Shown here piece after piece: positions 1 to 12,454 of a stretch of DNA of 64,000 bases. The position numbers and the translations under genes were made by a program. The stretch spans positions 1 to 64,000 of the forward strand of contig NGBS01000595.1 of the NCBI GenBank assembly GCA_002245135.1, in the 5' to 3' direction. How positions within the stretch are numbered: position 1 is the stretch's first letter; every line of letters begins with the position of its first letter. Source of the stretch: Proteromonas lacertae. Taxonomy: Eukaryota. Below the pieces are notes generated by a model. It was not told the origin of the DNA. It ran no database searches and worked only from the letters and a program-made list of their open reading frames with translations.

Positions 1-201
1 CTTCAAAAATTTCTAGAAAACAAACGGCGCAAATATTCAAATTATTTATATCAACAAAAAAGTATACTGCAGAGGTAGGTCATATAACAAAGTAAGTATA
101 AAAGTAACGATTTTTCATCAGGACAACCAAAAATATACATTTAGTTTGTTTTAAGAATATCTGGTACACAAACAGCCAACTATGACAAACGGCGCACAAC
201 A
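1..201. mobile_element. Right arm of foldback MITE (same family as 44520-45157), cut by window edge
   Basis: Near-identical to 44957-45157; ends ...GACAAACGGCGCACAACA. Confidence 0.85.
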
Positions 202-673
202 TTTCCCTCATACAATGTTTTGCAACTTACTTATACAATATACCGCATTGCATAACAAAAAGAATCATTCATGCCATTGTATAACTATTATACCATTTTT
301 GCATATTCTGTTAACTTATGTTCTGTTAACTTACGGCAACGTACTCGTTTAACAGAACTTTTATCAATACATGTTATTCAGCTGCAGCTATATCTTTTGT
401 TTATCCTCTCTTTTAGTAGATGCTATATTAAAGGAATGGAAAATATATTCATTCCATGAATCTTGCATAGTATCAAAAAGATCAAATATAAGGTCTTTAA
501 CAATTTTGTTATATTTAAAAATGAAACTAATATATGCAACTAATTAGAAAAAAATATTATCACTAATCACTATGAGACAGATAGAAATTTTATAAAAGTA
601 AAGACTTCAATTATTACTTGCTTGAAGAGGTAAATAGTAAAACTTAAGAAATTTTATAGGGTTATTTAGATTT

Positions 674-1363
674 TTATTTTCTGCTAAATACTATATCTAT
701 AGGTGAAACATATTTCTTATCTATATAATATCCGTTATTATTTAAAAGCATAGTGATATTTCTTTTTACATGGTTGTTTAAATGATTCCATTCAATAATC
801 CAATGAGATACTTTTACATTAAAATCAAATGTTTGTAAAACTTCTAATTCACTCCCTTCTACATCCAAAGAAAATAAATCTATATGTTTTACATTATATT
901 GACTAGTAATATTTTTTATTGTGTTGCACATAATACTATTTTTTGTTATATTACTATGATTAATTGATCCTGAATATCCTTCTTCGTGATAATTTATAAA
1001 TTGTGATTTGCATATTGGTGAACAAATAATAATAGAATTATTTCTATAGTAAGAGTTATTCATTAAACTTTTGCAGTTTTTCTCTCCTCCTTCAATTAAA
1101 ATACCATGCCAATTAAAATTCTTTTCAAAAAAATAAGTGTTACTAATACTAATACCATCAAAAGCACCAATCTCATAAAAAAATCCATTCATTTTTTGTT
1201 GAAAGAAATAATAGTATAAAGATAAATCTTGATTAAATTGACTATTCTTATACTTTAACATTATTCTACTCTCTTTATTAATGTATTTAGGTGATAAAAA
1301 TATAAATATAGAAATAATTAGTATAATAAATAAACATGTAAATAACATATCCTCAATTAACAC
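674..1363 (-). CDS. FkbM-family SAM-dependent methyltransferase with N-terminal membrane anchor
   Basis: Motifs SQFNQD, GFFYEIGAFDG..SNT, W.GILIE, IDLFSLDVEGSEL; hydrophobic N-terminus. Confidence 0.85.
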   Translation of the reverse strand: MLIEDMLFTCLFIILIISIFIFLSPKYINKESRIMLKYKNSQFNQDLSLYYYFFQQKMNGFFYEIGAFDGISISNTYFFEKNFNWHGILIEGGEKNCKSLMNNSYYRNNSIIICSPICKSQFINYHEEGYSGSINHSNITKNSIMCNTIKNITSQYNVKHIDLFSLDVEGSELEVLQTFDFNVKVSHWIIEWNHLNNHVKRNITMLLNNNGYYIDKKYVSPIDIVFSRK

Positions 1364-2042
1364 TATAATAACAGTGTTTTTGCTTCCTTCTGATTGTACT
1401 TATCGTTGCTTTTCCTTGGAGTTTCATACAGTAAATGAACTCCATTTAGTTGCAGACCTTGATCTCCAATCGCTGGACTTATCAACATAGAACTGGATGT
1501 AACTCTTGGTTAAATTGCTAGGGAGTTTAAACGTGATCTCAGGAATTATGCCTGAGTTGACATTGCTTAAGACTCCATAACTAAATCATTAGCATAGATT
1601 TATGGTTCTCCCATCAATGATGCTGTAGAAGGATATAGAGAATTATAATCTACATACATAATATCAGATTCTCTTTTTGGCGGAAAAGCATGAGTATCTT
1701 CAAATAATGGTGGATGTATATAATGTTTTTTAGCTACTGTTTAATCAAATATCATATTGTTCTACATGTTTATATATGTTTAATTCAATATTACATATAT
1801 AATTGCAAAATTTTGCAAGAATAATGATGTTGTTAATTTCTTTCCAGATTTTATACAAGTAATTTTACCCCATAGTTCTTTCACTATTTCCCTTAACTCA
1901 ATAAGAATTATGAAATTATAAAAACATTTATTGTGAAATTCTATGTATATGTTAAAGTTAATCATAAAATATATTAAATATTTTCAAATGAATTATGAGA
2001 TGGTTGAAGTTTATACTATTATTATTTACAGTATAATTATAT

Positions 2043-3056
2043 TTAACATTTTGTATTATGTTTAATATATGACAAATATAATCTTAAATTAGAATTATTT
2101 CTATAATTAGCCTTTATTGCCCTATCATATTGGTGAATTATATGAGGTATAGAAAAATCGTGATTATATATCACATTATTAATAGGTAGACAACAATAAG
2201 GAGAATCAAACAACCACAAAGCTAATGTTCTTACAGGTGAATGTGATGAATTAAATATAAATATAGGATAATGAAAATTAGTTTTACATCTTATAAATGC
2301 GTTTATACCTCCCTGATCGTTAGCATTGCAGTTAAAAGAGCATATATAATTAAGTAAATCGTCTAGAAAATAATTTATATCAGGATATGTGGCAAATACT
2401 ACTCCTCCGTTTATAACTTTACTATTGTATAAATATTTGTTAGGTTTATACTTTTTGACAAACATTATATTAGATTTATCTCCTCCTATTTTTCTTTTTG
2501 GATGTTCTTCTACAAAATATATTCCTCTCTTTATATTCCAATTAAATGGATTCAGTTGAAATAATATATCTCTTACATCGGTTAATAGAATGCTATTGTA
2601 TCTATATCCATAATATGTAAGAAATAACTTGTATAAATTGTATCTGTAAGTAACAAATGATTTACCTTGATAATAATTTAATATTTTTAATATGTTTGAT
2701 TTAGAAATAGGATAGTGTGTATGATTAAAAGGATAAAAAGGAAAATGATAATTTAGTTGAATAAATTCAATATTTTTATTTGTTAAGTATTGTTGTAATG
2801 CTGTTGGTATTATAAATGAAAAGAAAATAGTATCTCCACAATAATTTGTTCTATTTAATGATTCTACAAAATTTCTCATATGAGTTAAATTATAGTTCAA
2901 AGCAACAGCCAAAATTAATTGTTTTTTGTTGTGTTTAGAATTAAATTCATTATTAAAATTAAAATATACTAAATTATAACAATTATTAAATAAGAGGTAA
3001 TCTATCATAAAAATAAAAAATAAAAAGAATAAAACATCTCTAAAAATATATTTCAT
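2043..3056 (-). CDS. Putative GT-A fold glycosyltransferase, type II membrane protein
   Basis: N-terminal TM; LLTDVRDILFQLNPF (DxxD), INGG, NDQG, IIHQYDR motifs. Confidence 0.65.
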   Translation of the reverse strand: MKYIFRDVLFFLFFIFMIDYLLFNNCYNLVYFNFNNEFNSKHNKKQLILAVALNYNLTHMRNFVESLNRTNYCGDTIFFSFIIPTALQQYLTNKNIEFIQLNYHFPFYPFNHTHYPISKSNILKILNYYQGKSFVTYRYNLYKLFLTYYGYRYNSILLTDVRDILFQLNPFNWNIKRGIYFVEEHPKRKIGGDKSNIMFVKKYKPNKYLYNSKVINGGVVFATYPDINYFLDDLLNYICSFNCNANDQGGINAFIRCKTNFHYPIFIFNSSHSPVRTLALWLFDSPYCCLPINNVIYNHDFSIPHIIHQYDRAIKANYRNNSNLRLYLSYIKHNTKC

Positions 3057-4109
3057 TTTAATGATTTACATTTACTTAGTTGATTTTTTATTTGGTTGTA
3101 AAGAGGATCATATATATATTTAGATCCATCAATTTTTATATATGATTTATTTATATTGTAATTATTGTATAGAATAATTAAAGAAAAAGTGCTATATGAT
3201 GATAATATTAAAAAATCACTATTTGATAATAAAGTAATGTCACCTAATAATTTGTCATACATTAATAGAGAGTAATTATAATTATTGTTAATTTGATTGA
3301 TATGCATTATTTGATAATCTTCTTTGTAATTAATGACATATTTTATATACTTTTTCACTCTAGAAACAAAGATTTTACTGTCACTACTTAATAACAATTT
3401 GCATTTTCTACTATTGCATAATTTATAATATAATTTAACTAAATTTATTAATGTTTTATTATCAGTCTTGCATGTCTTATTCAGATTCATGCAATTATCT
3501 CCCATTCTTATGTGACTACCTATATAATAAATGTTGTTTTCTAAATGTATGTTATTAATTTGTTTTATTTTTATATATTTCTTGAATATAAGTGAATTTA
3601 TATATACAATTTCTTCACTTATCACTTTTATTTTACTATCCAGCAAATTTAAATTAATCATTTTCTTTTTAATATAAGGTATATTCAATAATTGAGGTAT
3701 TAAATCATAATGACTTGTTATTTCTGTATATAGACTTGTTGAGTATATTATTTTTTTAATTATATCAGCAAATGATATACAATATGGATATCCTGAAAAT
3801 CTATAACTAGTGATACTTTTATTTATCAATTTCGTTTCTTTTATTATAATACATTTATGAAATATTATAATTCTTTTTAATGAATTTAAGTTATATACTA
3901 TTATATGTAAGTTATAATATACATATTAATTTTCTTTCACTTAGAAATGATAGAATTAATGAGGAGCTTATTCCCAATAATTTGTTTCCTAAACCGCCAG
4001 AGTTTGGTTTAGTATAAATATATTTGTATATTATATTGATTAATATAATAGAGCGAAAATTAATAGATATTATTATAATGAATATAATATAGTATATAAA
4101 GAATAACAT
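3053..4109 (-). CDS. GDP-fucose-dependent fucosyltransferase (GT11/GT23/GT37-like), one 25-nt intron at 3898-3922
   Basis: GGLGNKL, GSHIRMGD, LSSDS, SSYSTFS motifs; GT..AG intron joins ORFs 3912-4109 and 3053-3829 in frame. Confidence 0.75.
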
Positions 4110-4149
4110 TAAAAAATGATATGTAAATTATCACCTATATAGTATTTCT

Positions 4150-5007
4150 CTAAAATTTTAGAGGATGAAAGAATTTATTCCTTTTTTCCTTATTTAAGGT
4201 AATATTATTCCACATTTCTTTTGTTAATGAAATTCCAGCACATAAAGGAGATCCAATATATTTGTGAGGTATTTCTTCATATGTTAGATTATGGTAGTAT
4301 ACTAATTCTATTGTGCTTGTTTCAGTTTGAGAATGATAATTATTTTGTAAATCAACTATCATTTTTGATATATATCGTTTTGACCATCTTTGAACATACT
4401 CTCTATTATTATATCCTTTACTATAATTGAAAGTGGTAGATTTTCTTTTTATATATTTATCTGTTGCACAATAAAACCATACCCAATTTGTATTTATTGT
4501 TCCTACATTTATTGTAATAAGATCCTTCTGATTATTTCTATAATGCTTTATAAAATTATATAAATTTCCTGTATAACCAACATCTTGCTCTATTACCCAC
4601 ATAAAATCATATTCTTTCTTTAATTTTTTATAAAATATAATTAATGATTCAGAATGAGAAATCCATGAAAGTAATCTTGAACTTTTAAAACTACTACAAT
4701 TACCTTTTAATTCTGAAATGCTCGGATAGGTTACTAATATTTCCTTAAAGGAAACAACTATATTTAGTATATTTGATTTGTTCAATAGAGAAGAATTAAT
4801 GTTATTCATAGATAATAAAAAGAATTTATACTGATCAGGAAAATCCTTACTCCAAGTAATATATCTTGATATCTGATTAGTTGTAACTTTGTTTATCCTA
4901 ACCACTATACATATGGTATTGTATTTAATTCTGTACAAATGATAAAATGTAAGCAAAAATATAGTAGTATTAGCTAATATGTAAATTAAATAAATAATAC
5001 ATTTCAT
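4150..5007 (-). CDS. Putative glycosyltransferase-like membrane protein
   Basis: N-terminal TM; YDFMWVIEQDVGYTG (ExD motif); C-terminal FHPLK. Confidence 0.5.
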   Translation of the reverse strand: MKCIIYLIYILANTTIFLLTFYHLYRIKYNTICIVVRINKVTTNQISRYITWSKDFPDQYKFFLLSMNNINSSLLNKSNILNIVVSFKEILVTYPSISELKGNCSSFKSSRLLSWISHSESLIIFYKKLKKEYDFMWVIEQDVGYTGNLYNFIKHYRNNQKDLITINVGTINTNWVWFYCATDKYIKRKSTTFNYSKGYNNREYVQRWSKRYISKMIVDLQNNYHSQTETSTIELVYYHNLTYEEIPHKYIGSPLCAGISLTKEMWNNITLNKEKRNKFFHPLKF

Positions 5008-5039
5008 AAAATATTATATTTGTATCATCCATAAATGCT

Positions 5040-6065
5040 ATGTTAATATTATATTTATATATAATTTATTTCCTTACAATATGTATAATATTATTGCTAG
5101 ATTATTATATGAAAATGCATAGTAATAGAGAGATATTATTTATGAAAGAATTGTTATTATATAATAGAGATGTATATATATATAACAATTTTTATAAATG
5201 TAAAACAATAGAAGATATAAATTACATAAGAAATAAGTCTTTATACAGAAAAATTGGATATGGTGGGCATCCTGTGAAACATTTGTTTAAGTTACCATTA
5301 GATAATACAGTTCTTGCTTATCCTGTTATACATTGTCTAAATGTTGATATAATTTTGTTTATTCATTGTAGACCAGAAGAATTTTATGAAAGATTCTTAA
5401 GTAGAAAGAATTTTCATAAAACAAATAACACAGTAGTTGTTTATATTACATCAAGAAGTTTAAAATCAAGCGTTAATCATAAAATAAAACGTGAATCTTC
5501 CCTATATGGTGATATATTACAATTTAATGAATATTCTTCATATTTTAATTTAAGCCTTCAAACACTTCACATGTTGCAATGGTCTTTACGTGTTAAATAT
5601 AAATATCTAATAAAATCTGACGTGGATGTTTATATTAATCTAAAGTTGATATTATCCTATTTGAAGAATATTAACTTAAGTATTAAATATTTTGCAATTG
5701 GTAGAGTATCTAAAACATATGTAATTAGAAACAAAAAATATAGTCATTATATACCTATTGATACTGTAAAAGAAAATATGTACCCATCTTATTTGCAAGG
5801 AGTAGGATATATTATACCTTATAATACAGTGAAATTAATGAATGATTCATTTGAATATGTAAACCCAAAAATATGGATTGAAGATGTATTTTTGGGATAT
5901 ATTTATAACTTCCTAAATGTATCATTAATAGATATTTCACAGTATATTGTTAGAGATGTTAAACTCAACATTTCAGCTGCAATAAGTAATATAATACAAA
6001 ATATGTTTGTACATGGATTCTATCCAATTGAAATACATTTATTGAGTAAAACTAAAAATTTATGA
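5040..6065 (+). CDS. GT31 beta-1,3-galactosyl/GlcNAc transferase
   Basis: ESSLYGDILQ, YFNLSLQT, KSDVDVYIN, YPSYLQGVGY, IEDVFLG. Confidence 0.88.
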   Translation: MLILYLYIIYFLTICIILLLDYYMKMHSNREILFMKELLLYNRDVYIYNNFYKCKTIEDINYIRNKSLYRKIGYGGHPVKHLFKLPLDNTVLAYPVIHCLNVDIILFIHCRPEEFYERFLSRKNFHKTNNTVVVYITSRSLKSSVNHKIKRESSLYGDILQFNEYSSYFNLSLQTLHMLQWSLRVKYKYLIKSDVDVYINLKLILSYLKNINLSIKYFAIGRVSKTYVIRNKKYSHYIPIDTVKENMYPSYLQGVGYIIPYNTVKLMNDSFEYVNPKIWIEDVFLGYIYNFLNVSLIDISQYIVRDVKLNISAAISNIIQNMFVHGFYPIEIHLLSKTKNL

Positions 6066-6868
6066 AAAATTGGTTTGTATTTACAGTAAAAATAATTATA
6101 TTTATTGAGCTATATAATTATTATTCTTATATATCTAAATTTGATAATTTCTATAACTGCATATCATTAGTTATACCTTCAACTTACTTAACGTGGATTA
6201 AATGTAAAAAACAAATTGAAAATATGATATGTAGAAGTATAGAATATCCTAATGAAATAATAATTGTTATATCTGATAGTCAGTACGATAGAAATGTATT
6301 ATTTCATACATACTGTAAATATAATGTATCTCTTTATTATCGAAAAAATCATAAAAATTCAGCATCAAATAAGAACTTTGGATCGAGATTTACAAAATGC
6401 TCATACATAAGCTATTTTGATGCAGATGATATAATGACAAAAAATAGAATTAAAATATTAAGATATATAATAGAAATGTATAATAGTTATGACATAATTA
6501 TGCACATGTATATAAGGAATTACACATTGTTAAAAGAAAACAATGAACTGCCAACTGAATTAAGTAAATATTTCTATTTAAATTCTTCATATATTACACA
6601 ATTGTATAGAAGTAAAATAAAAACACATAAAGTACAATTATGGGGTTGTTGTCATTTTCTTCCTATTCACTACCATATTAGTAACGGATGGATCACTATA
6701 AAAAGAAGTCTTTTTGATAAAGAAAAATTTAATGAAGATATATCAATTCAAAGAGCAGAAGATAGTGAATATAATGGAAGAGTTATATCAAAAGGATACA
6801 AAACTCTTATACTTGTTATGGTATTAGGATATTATTCAAAACAAAATGAATGTGATATTTTAATATAA
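6062..6868 (+). CDS. GT2-family glycosyltransferase
   Basis: ISLVIPS, PNEIIIVIS, ASNKNFG, YISYFDADD, AEDSEY. Confidence 0.8.
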   Translation: MKNWFVFTVKIIIFIELYNYYSYISKFDNFYNCISLVIPSTYLTWIKCKKQIENMICRSIEYPNEIIIVISDSQYDRNVLFHTYCKYNVSLYYRKNHKNSASNKNFGSRFTKCSYISYFDADDIMTKNRIKILRYIIEMYNSYDIIMHMYIRNYTLLKENNELPTELSKYFYLNSSYITQLYRSKIKTHKVQLWGCCHFLPIHYHISNGWITIKRSLFDKEKFNEDISIQRAEDSEYNGRVISKGYKTLILVMVLGYYSKQNECDILI

Positions 6869-7540
6869 TACTCCATGATAGCATATGTCATTAGTTATAA
6901 TATGATAAGTAATTCTCTTTTCCTTTCTATGATAATACTTATTTAACTTTTGAAATGTTAAATTTAATTTTCTATATATAATTGCCATATGCATATCTTC
7001 TCTATAAATAATTCTTTTCTCTTTCAAAAGTTCTATATAAATTGTAGTAATTAATGTGCTAGGAGTTATAACAAATCCTCCAGCTACAAAATGAGGAAAT
7101 ATATTATATGGATAAATTGATTTAGGTAAAAATACAGAAGAATTTTCATATCTTCTAACTTTCATTTGTGGATAGTAAAATCCACTAATCATGTGTTTAT
7201 TTAAATATATATTTATATATATTATAATTAAAGGTATGTTTGGTATAATATCATCATCATTTTTTATTATATAATCTGCGCATATATTCTTTTTAGTATA
7301 GAATCTGTAAATACTGCATGTCATAATAGTTAGATTATAGTAACTATCAACAATATCAATACCAACAATATCATTTTTGCTTTCTTTTTTGATAGTATAT
7401 AAATTTTCTTTTGTAGCAATAACAAAATTATAATTACATGATAGTTTTAAACATATCTTGCCCCATGTAGATTTTATTCTTTTTCTGTGTGCAAAATGAT
7501 TAAAAGATGATACTATATAGAATATTAGTATAAAGAACAT
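6860..7540 (-). CDS. GT31 glycosyltransferase (true start probably further upstream)
   Basis: R..IKSTWG, DSYYNLT, KNDDD, FPHFVAGG, REDM. Confidence 0.8.
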   Translation of the reverse strand: MFFILIFYIVSSFNHFAHRKRIKSTWGKICLKLSCNYNFVIATKENLYTIKKESKNDIVGIDIVDSYYNLTIMTCSIYRFYTKKNICADYIIKNDDDIIPNIPLIIIYINIYLNKHMISGFYYPQMKVRRYENSSVFLPKSIYPYNIFPHFVAGGFVITPSTLITTIYIELLKEKRIIYREDMHMAIIYRKLNLTFQKLNKYYHRKEKRITYHIITNDICYHGVLY

Positions 7541-7768
7541 TTGATTAGTAGGTTGTATTGAAAAATTATAATAGAATGGATTGTTTGTATAAATATCCTT
7601 CTTTATAGAATGAGAGATGTTTGTGTTTTTTTTAGAAAATATAAAAAGTATAAAACATACAAAAATAAAAATTACACTAGATATTTTAAAAAATATATAA
7701 ATATATATATATAAGACTGAAATATTAATGAATATGTTGTTACTTTAGTTTTATTATTAATTATTGTT

Positions 7769-8689
7769 GTGACATTATACTATTTTCTATTTTCATTATT
7801 AATAACGCTAATATTTTTGTTAATTAAAAGCAATAATATTGATAGAATATATCCTCAAAATGATTATGAGCAAATAATACAATTTGATCAACTACACATG
7901 AATGTACTAAACAAATTGAATTGTGTATATCCCTTAAAGGAAGTAAATCTAAAATATCTATTAATTTTTCTTTTATCAAGAGATGGATACTATGCTGTGT
8001 ATTATTCTCTAAAGTATTGGTTAAAGTTAGATAAAAAAATGCAAATTAAAATAATTATATTAGATCATTACACAACATATAAACCTTTACTTAAATATTA
8101 CAATGTTATTGAAAAAATTCATAATATTAAAATATACAAATTAAAAGAATTAAACTGGAGAAATGCAATTGATAAAGAGATACCTGATGTAATAAGCTAC
8201 TATTTAAAGAAGTTTAAACAATATAAATATTATGTCTTGTCAGATGTTGATATTATACTAATCAACATTCCTAATAATATGTTTGATTTATACAGTACAG
8301 TTCTATCTAGTTGTAAGGTTAATGTAGTTGGGCCATCTTTAATGATAAATGATATATCAATGCTATTTCCTGACTATAAAAGAGTTTATAATTTTGAAAC
8401 AAAATATCTTAAAAGCAATCATTATGATGTTCTATATAGAAATTATTATGTATCATTTATTGAAGCTGATATCGATACAATATTTGGAATGAGAAAAAGT
8501 ACTGCAAGATTTAAAAGACATAGTAAATTATCATTTAGATCTTTATCTCCTTATATATCACATCATATTGATTGGTATATCACAGCTAAATCTATTCCTA
8601 AATCTTTTATATACTATGTAAATCATTCAAAATCCATAAACCATTCTGGTTCTGCATTTAAAATTTCCAATTCACTAAAACAACCTTAG
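7769..8689 (+). CDS. Putative GT-A/GT2-like glycosyltransferase
   Basis: TM anchor; IIILDHYTTYKPL, YYVLSDVDI, VGPSL.I.D, ADIDTIF, HIDWY. Confidence 0.6.
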   Translation: MTLYYFLFSLLITLIFLLIKSNNIDRIYPQNDYEQIIQFDQLHMNVLNKLNCVYPLKEVNLKYLLIFLLSRDGYYAVYYSLKYWLKLDKKMQIKIIILDHYTTYKPLLKYYNVIEKIHNIKIYKLKELNWRNAIDKEIPDVISYYLKKFKQYKYYVLSDVDIILINIPNNMFDLYSTVLSSCKVNVVGPSLMINDISMLFPDYKRVYNFETKYLKSNHYDVLYRNYYVSFIEADIDTIFGMRKSTARFKRHSKLSFRSLSPYISHHIDWYITAKSIPKSFIYYVNHSKSINHSGSAFKISNSLKQP

Positions 8690-8698
8690 AATTGATAA

Positions 8699-9655
8699 AT
8701 GTTAAATATATTTATTATATATACTTTGTTAATGGTGATATGTGTTAGATACTATGATTATATTTTTAATAATTATATCTTTAAAAAAATTACATTCAAC
8801 AGAAATGATAATTTATCAGAATTATTCATAAATTCTGTTAATTTATATAATCAAAGAATAAAGCATATAAATCGTATATACAAAATGAATCAGATATGTA
8901 AGGGATGGAAAAAAGCAATAATTGTACTATTAAAATATAATGAAATTGAAAAGTTTATTAATAGAAACTACTTATTTCTTATACAAAAATATCATGATGA
9001 ATTAATATTCTTTGTTACTGAAAGAAAATTTAATACAACCTTATATAGAGATATAAAATATATAGTAGTGGATATATCTGAAATATTTTTCTCATTTCCT
9101 TATAAATTTAACCAATCAGCACATAAACCAAACTATATGAAGAGAGGAAAATGGAATTATCAACATATGTGTAGATTCTTTTTTAAAAATATATTTTTTC
9201 ATCCCATATTGTGTGATGTTGATATTTATATGAGGCTTGATTCAGAATCAATACTAAATACTACTCATAATTTATTTAATTTAATGGGGGAAGGAATTGT
9301 CTATATGCACAATAAAATAATGAATGATTGTGGTAGATTAGTAGAAGGATTAAAACAATATATTTATTCTTTTGTAAAAGCATTGAATATAGATATAAAA
9401 GATAAAGAAAAGTATTATTTAGCATTTAATAAAACTGCCCTATTATATTACAATAATTTTGAAATATGTCGAATGAAATTTTTTAGAAGTAAAGAAATGA
9501 TTCTATTATCCAATTTAATTGATTACAGTTATGGACAGTTTATCTATAGATGGGGAGATGCTCCTTTAAGATATATTAGTTTATCTATGTTTGCTGATAA
9601 CGCTTCAATAATTGCATTACCTCATTCAGTAAAATATTGCCATCAAAATTGTTAA
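8699..9655 (+). CDS. GT15 (KRE2/KTR-like) alpha-1,2-mannosyltransferase
   Basis: YQHMCRFF, YMRLD, YYNNFEI, RWGDAP. Confidence 0.88.
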   Translation: MLNIFIIYTLLMVICVRYYDYIFNNYIFKKITFNRNDNLSELFINSVNLYNQRIKHINRIYKMNQICKGWKKAIIVLLKYNEIEKFINRNYLFLIQKYHDELIFFVTERKFNTTLYRDIKYIVVDISEIFFSFPYKFNQSAHKPNYMKRGKWNYQHMCRFFFKNIFFHPILCDVDIYMRLDSESILNTTHNLFNLMGEGIVYMHNKIMNDCGRLVEGLKQYIYSFVKALNIDIKDKEKYYLAFNKTALLYYNNFEICRMKFFRSKEMILLSNLIDYSYGQFIYRWGDAPLRYISLSMFADNASIIALPHSVKYCHQNC

Positions 9656-10036
9656 CTTAAAGTGATATATATATATATGTTTTATATAAAACCAACAAAT
9701 TGTTAAAATTACTGTAATAGATATTTTAATCTTTCAGTTGATGATATTTTATGTATTTGAATAGAAGCACCAGGAATAGAAACATAAGCAAAGCATAACT
9801 TATTTTTAGAATATAGTTCAATTATACTACTGACAATAAGTAACTAGAGTAACTCTTATTAACCTATTTTTCAAATAGATAAGAAATTGACAAATATATC
9901 AATATTTTATATTATGTAATACATAGAGTAAAAGAAAAATATTTATACTGTCAACATAATTTATTGTACATGAGAATATATTATTACAATCCTTATAAAA
10001 AGAGTAAAAAATTCTTTTAAGAACCATATTTTAAAT

Positions 10037-11032
10037 CTAGAATTTGTGATAATTTTTAATATATTTGCAAAATTTGCATGGCGTAAATATGTAATGTTTC
10101 ATATTTTTATACCAATCTTTTGAATAATTGTAAGGCCAATTTATATATTCACCTAATATCTTTCTATCATTTCTAATTGAATAAACATAATTTATTAATT
10201 CGCTATAATTTTTAAAATCTTTTGCATTAATAATTGAAAAATTAGTTGGATAAAATTTCTCTACATTTCTTGCTCCAAAATATATGGGAATTGATCCTCC
10301 TCTCATGCAATCCCATAATTTTTCTGTTACATAATCATCATCAATAGTATCAGAATGCATTTGTCCCCATTTAACTTGATTAACAGTATTTTCAATTGCC
10401 AAACAGAATTTATAATTTCTTATAAGTAAATATTTTTGATTGGGTAAGTTATCAGGCCATTTAAGATGATTCTTAAACGCTTGACCAAGAATATCTACTT
10501 TCATTTTTCTATTAAACATTTGGCATATTAGATTTCTATATTTGTATGGTTGTCTATAAATAAAGACTATATCTTTTCTTTTCATAAAATCGTCAATTGA
10601 TCTTAGAGATTCTTTTCCTTCATTGATTATGTTAACAATATTATGATAATATGGATATGAGAAATGATGTTTTGATATGAGAAGTTTATAACTTATCAAA
10701 ACATCAAATGAAGTATCTCTTCCACTGCTAATATATAGCATATTTTTCCATCTACTTAATGCTTCTACATTTATTTTTATATTTAAAATGCTATTGTTTT
10801 TTCTTTGAGATAATGATTTTATGTAGCGATTATACATAACAACATTATAGTTATACGTATTGTTTTTACTAATAATACATTTTACATTTCCACAATTATA
10901 TTTAGTATTATTTAGTCCAAACCATTCATCCATATATCTACTATTTATGTATATATTATATAATTTGTTTTTCTTCCAAACTGCAATACAACCAACTATT
11001 AAAACAATAAATATATTTTGCGCTATTGTCAT
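10037..11032 (-). CDS. GT10 alpha-1,3/4-fucosyltransferase
   Basis: YKFCLAIEN...DDYVTEKLW...GSIPIYFG...INAKDF. Confidence 0.9.
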   Translation of the reverse strand: MTIAQNIFIVLIVGCIAVWKKNKLYNIYINSRYMDEWFGLNNTKYNCGNVKCIISKNNTYNYNVVMYNRYIKSLSQRKNNSILNIKINVEALSRWKNMLYISSGRDTSFDVLISYKLLISKHHFSYPYYHNIVNIINEGKESLRSIDDFMKRKDIVFIYRQPYKYRNLICQMFNRKMKVDILGQAFKNHLKWPDNLPNQKYLLIRNYKFCLAIENTVNQVKWGQMHSDTIDDDYVTEKLWDCMRGGSIPIYFGARNVEKFYPTNFSIINAKDFKNYSELINYVYSIRNDRKILGEYINWPYNYSKDWYKNMKHYIFTPCKFCKYIKNYHKF

Positions 11033-11458
11033 TTACCAATTAAAAATATACAATATATATTGTATTAATAAGCCAATTTTAAAACTACATTTTTATTTTT
11101 TTCTTAATAAAATCAAGATGGTAAATAGTTCTTCTTCAGTATATCTATTTATCTTTTGTAATTTCTTGGAATTTCAAGCAACAGTACATTCATAAGCGAT
11201 CGGTGATCACTACAAGAGGAGTCACAGCAACCAGAAATTACAGAATGTGCTGTTGACAATAACTACCTCCGGAACTTTAGGAATAGCCAATCTTGAATAA
11301 AATGGAAATGAAATAGGAAATGAAAATATGAAATTATTATCTTCACATTTGCATTTATTGAAAGATTATGATATTTAAATGAATGCTTCAAGTATAATGA
11401 TAATGTTAATGTGATATAGAAATGGGATAATCATCAATTGGATTACTCTTAATATTAG

Positions 11459-12454
11459 TTGATGATAATTGTAATTATATTAATTTGTATAATATTGTAT
11501 GTATATATTCAATATTTAAATTTTGATAATAGTAATTTGTTTTTAAATTATTTATTATATAGAGTATTAGATAAATCATTCACAAAAATCATTAAAAATG
11601 AGGCAAAATACTATACTACCTTTAACGATACAGATTTAAACCTACCACACATTATTGACTTTTCTGTAGTAAAAAATATAAAATGTTTTTACAAACCAAA
11701 AATAATCATTGCTGTTTTATCATCTCCTCATAATTTTAAGAAGAGATTTTCATTTAGATATATCAGCAAAAATTATTGTAATGCTAAAACAAAATGCAAA
11801 TTCATTTTCTTTATGGGATCGTCATATTATGAAGATAAAGTATTAATAAACAAAGAAACTGCTGCTTTTAATGATTTAGTACAGTTTTCATTTCAAAATA
11901 GTTATTTAAATTTGACAATTTTGTCTATCATGGCTATAAAGTATTGCTATAGAATCTTTAAATATCTAAATTATTACATTAAGACAGATGACGATGTTTT
12001 AATCAATTATTCTTTGTTATTCAATATTTTAACCAGAATAAATATAAGTAATAACCATGTATTTGGACATTATGATGGTAAATTTACTGTAAACAGAAAT
12101 AAAAACAGTAAAAGCTACATACCTTATTTTCAATATCCATTTAAAGTAAGTCCAGCATATGTATATGGTGGATTAATAATTGTAACACAATCATCATTAC
12201 ATAAAATATATAAAGAAATAAGCAAAAATCATTCATATGTTTGAAAAGAAGATGTAAATTTCGGAATTATATGCAAATGGTGTAATGTGACTGTTTTGCA
12301 ATATCCTTGTTGTGTAGATGCAAAAAATAAAATAAAAGAATGTGTAATAAATAATAATACTAATGCAATTGAAATATACAATAAAATAGATTCTTTCTAT
12401 TGTATAAAACAATTTACAGCAAAATTTCATCAATTATTAGTAAAAGAAATCTAA
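11459..12454 (+). pseudogene. GT31 glycosyltransferase with in-frame TGA at 12242-12244
   Basis: NSYLNLT, KTDDD, YVYGG; the frame continues past the stop as SYV*KEDVNFG to TAA at 12452-12454. Confidence 0.75.

Noticed and set aside
1380..1750. GC-richer intergenic patches (also 11160-11300, 19550-20430, 50030-50370)
   Set aside because: Probably retroelement debris, but no diagnostic motif or boundary could be read
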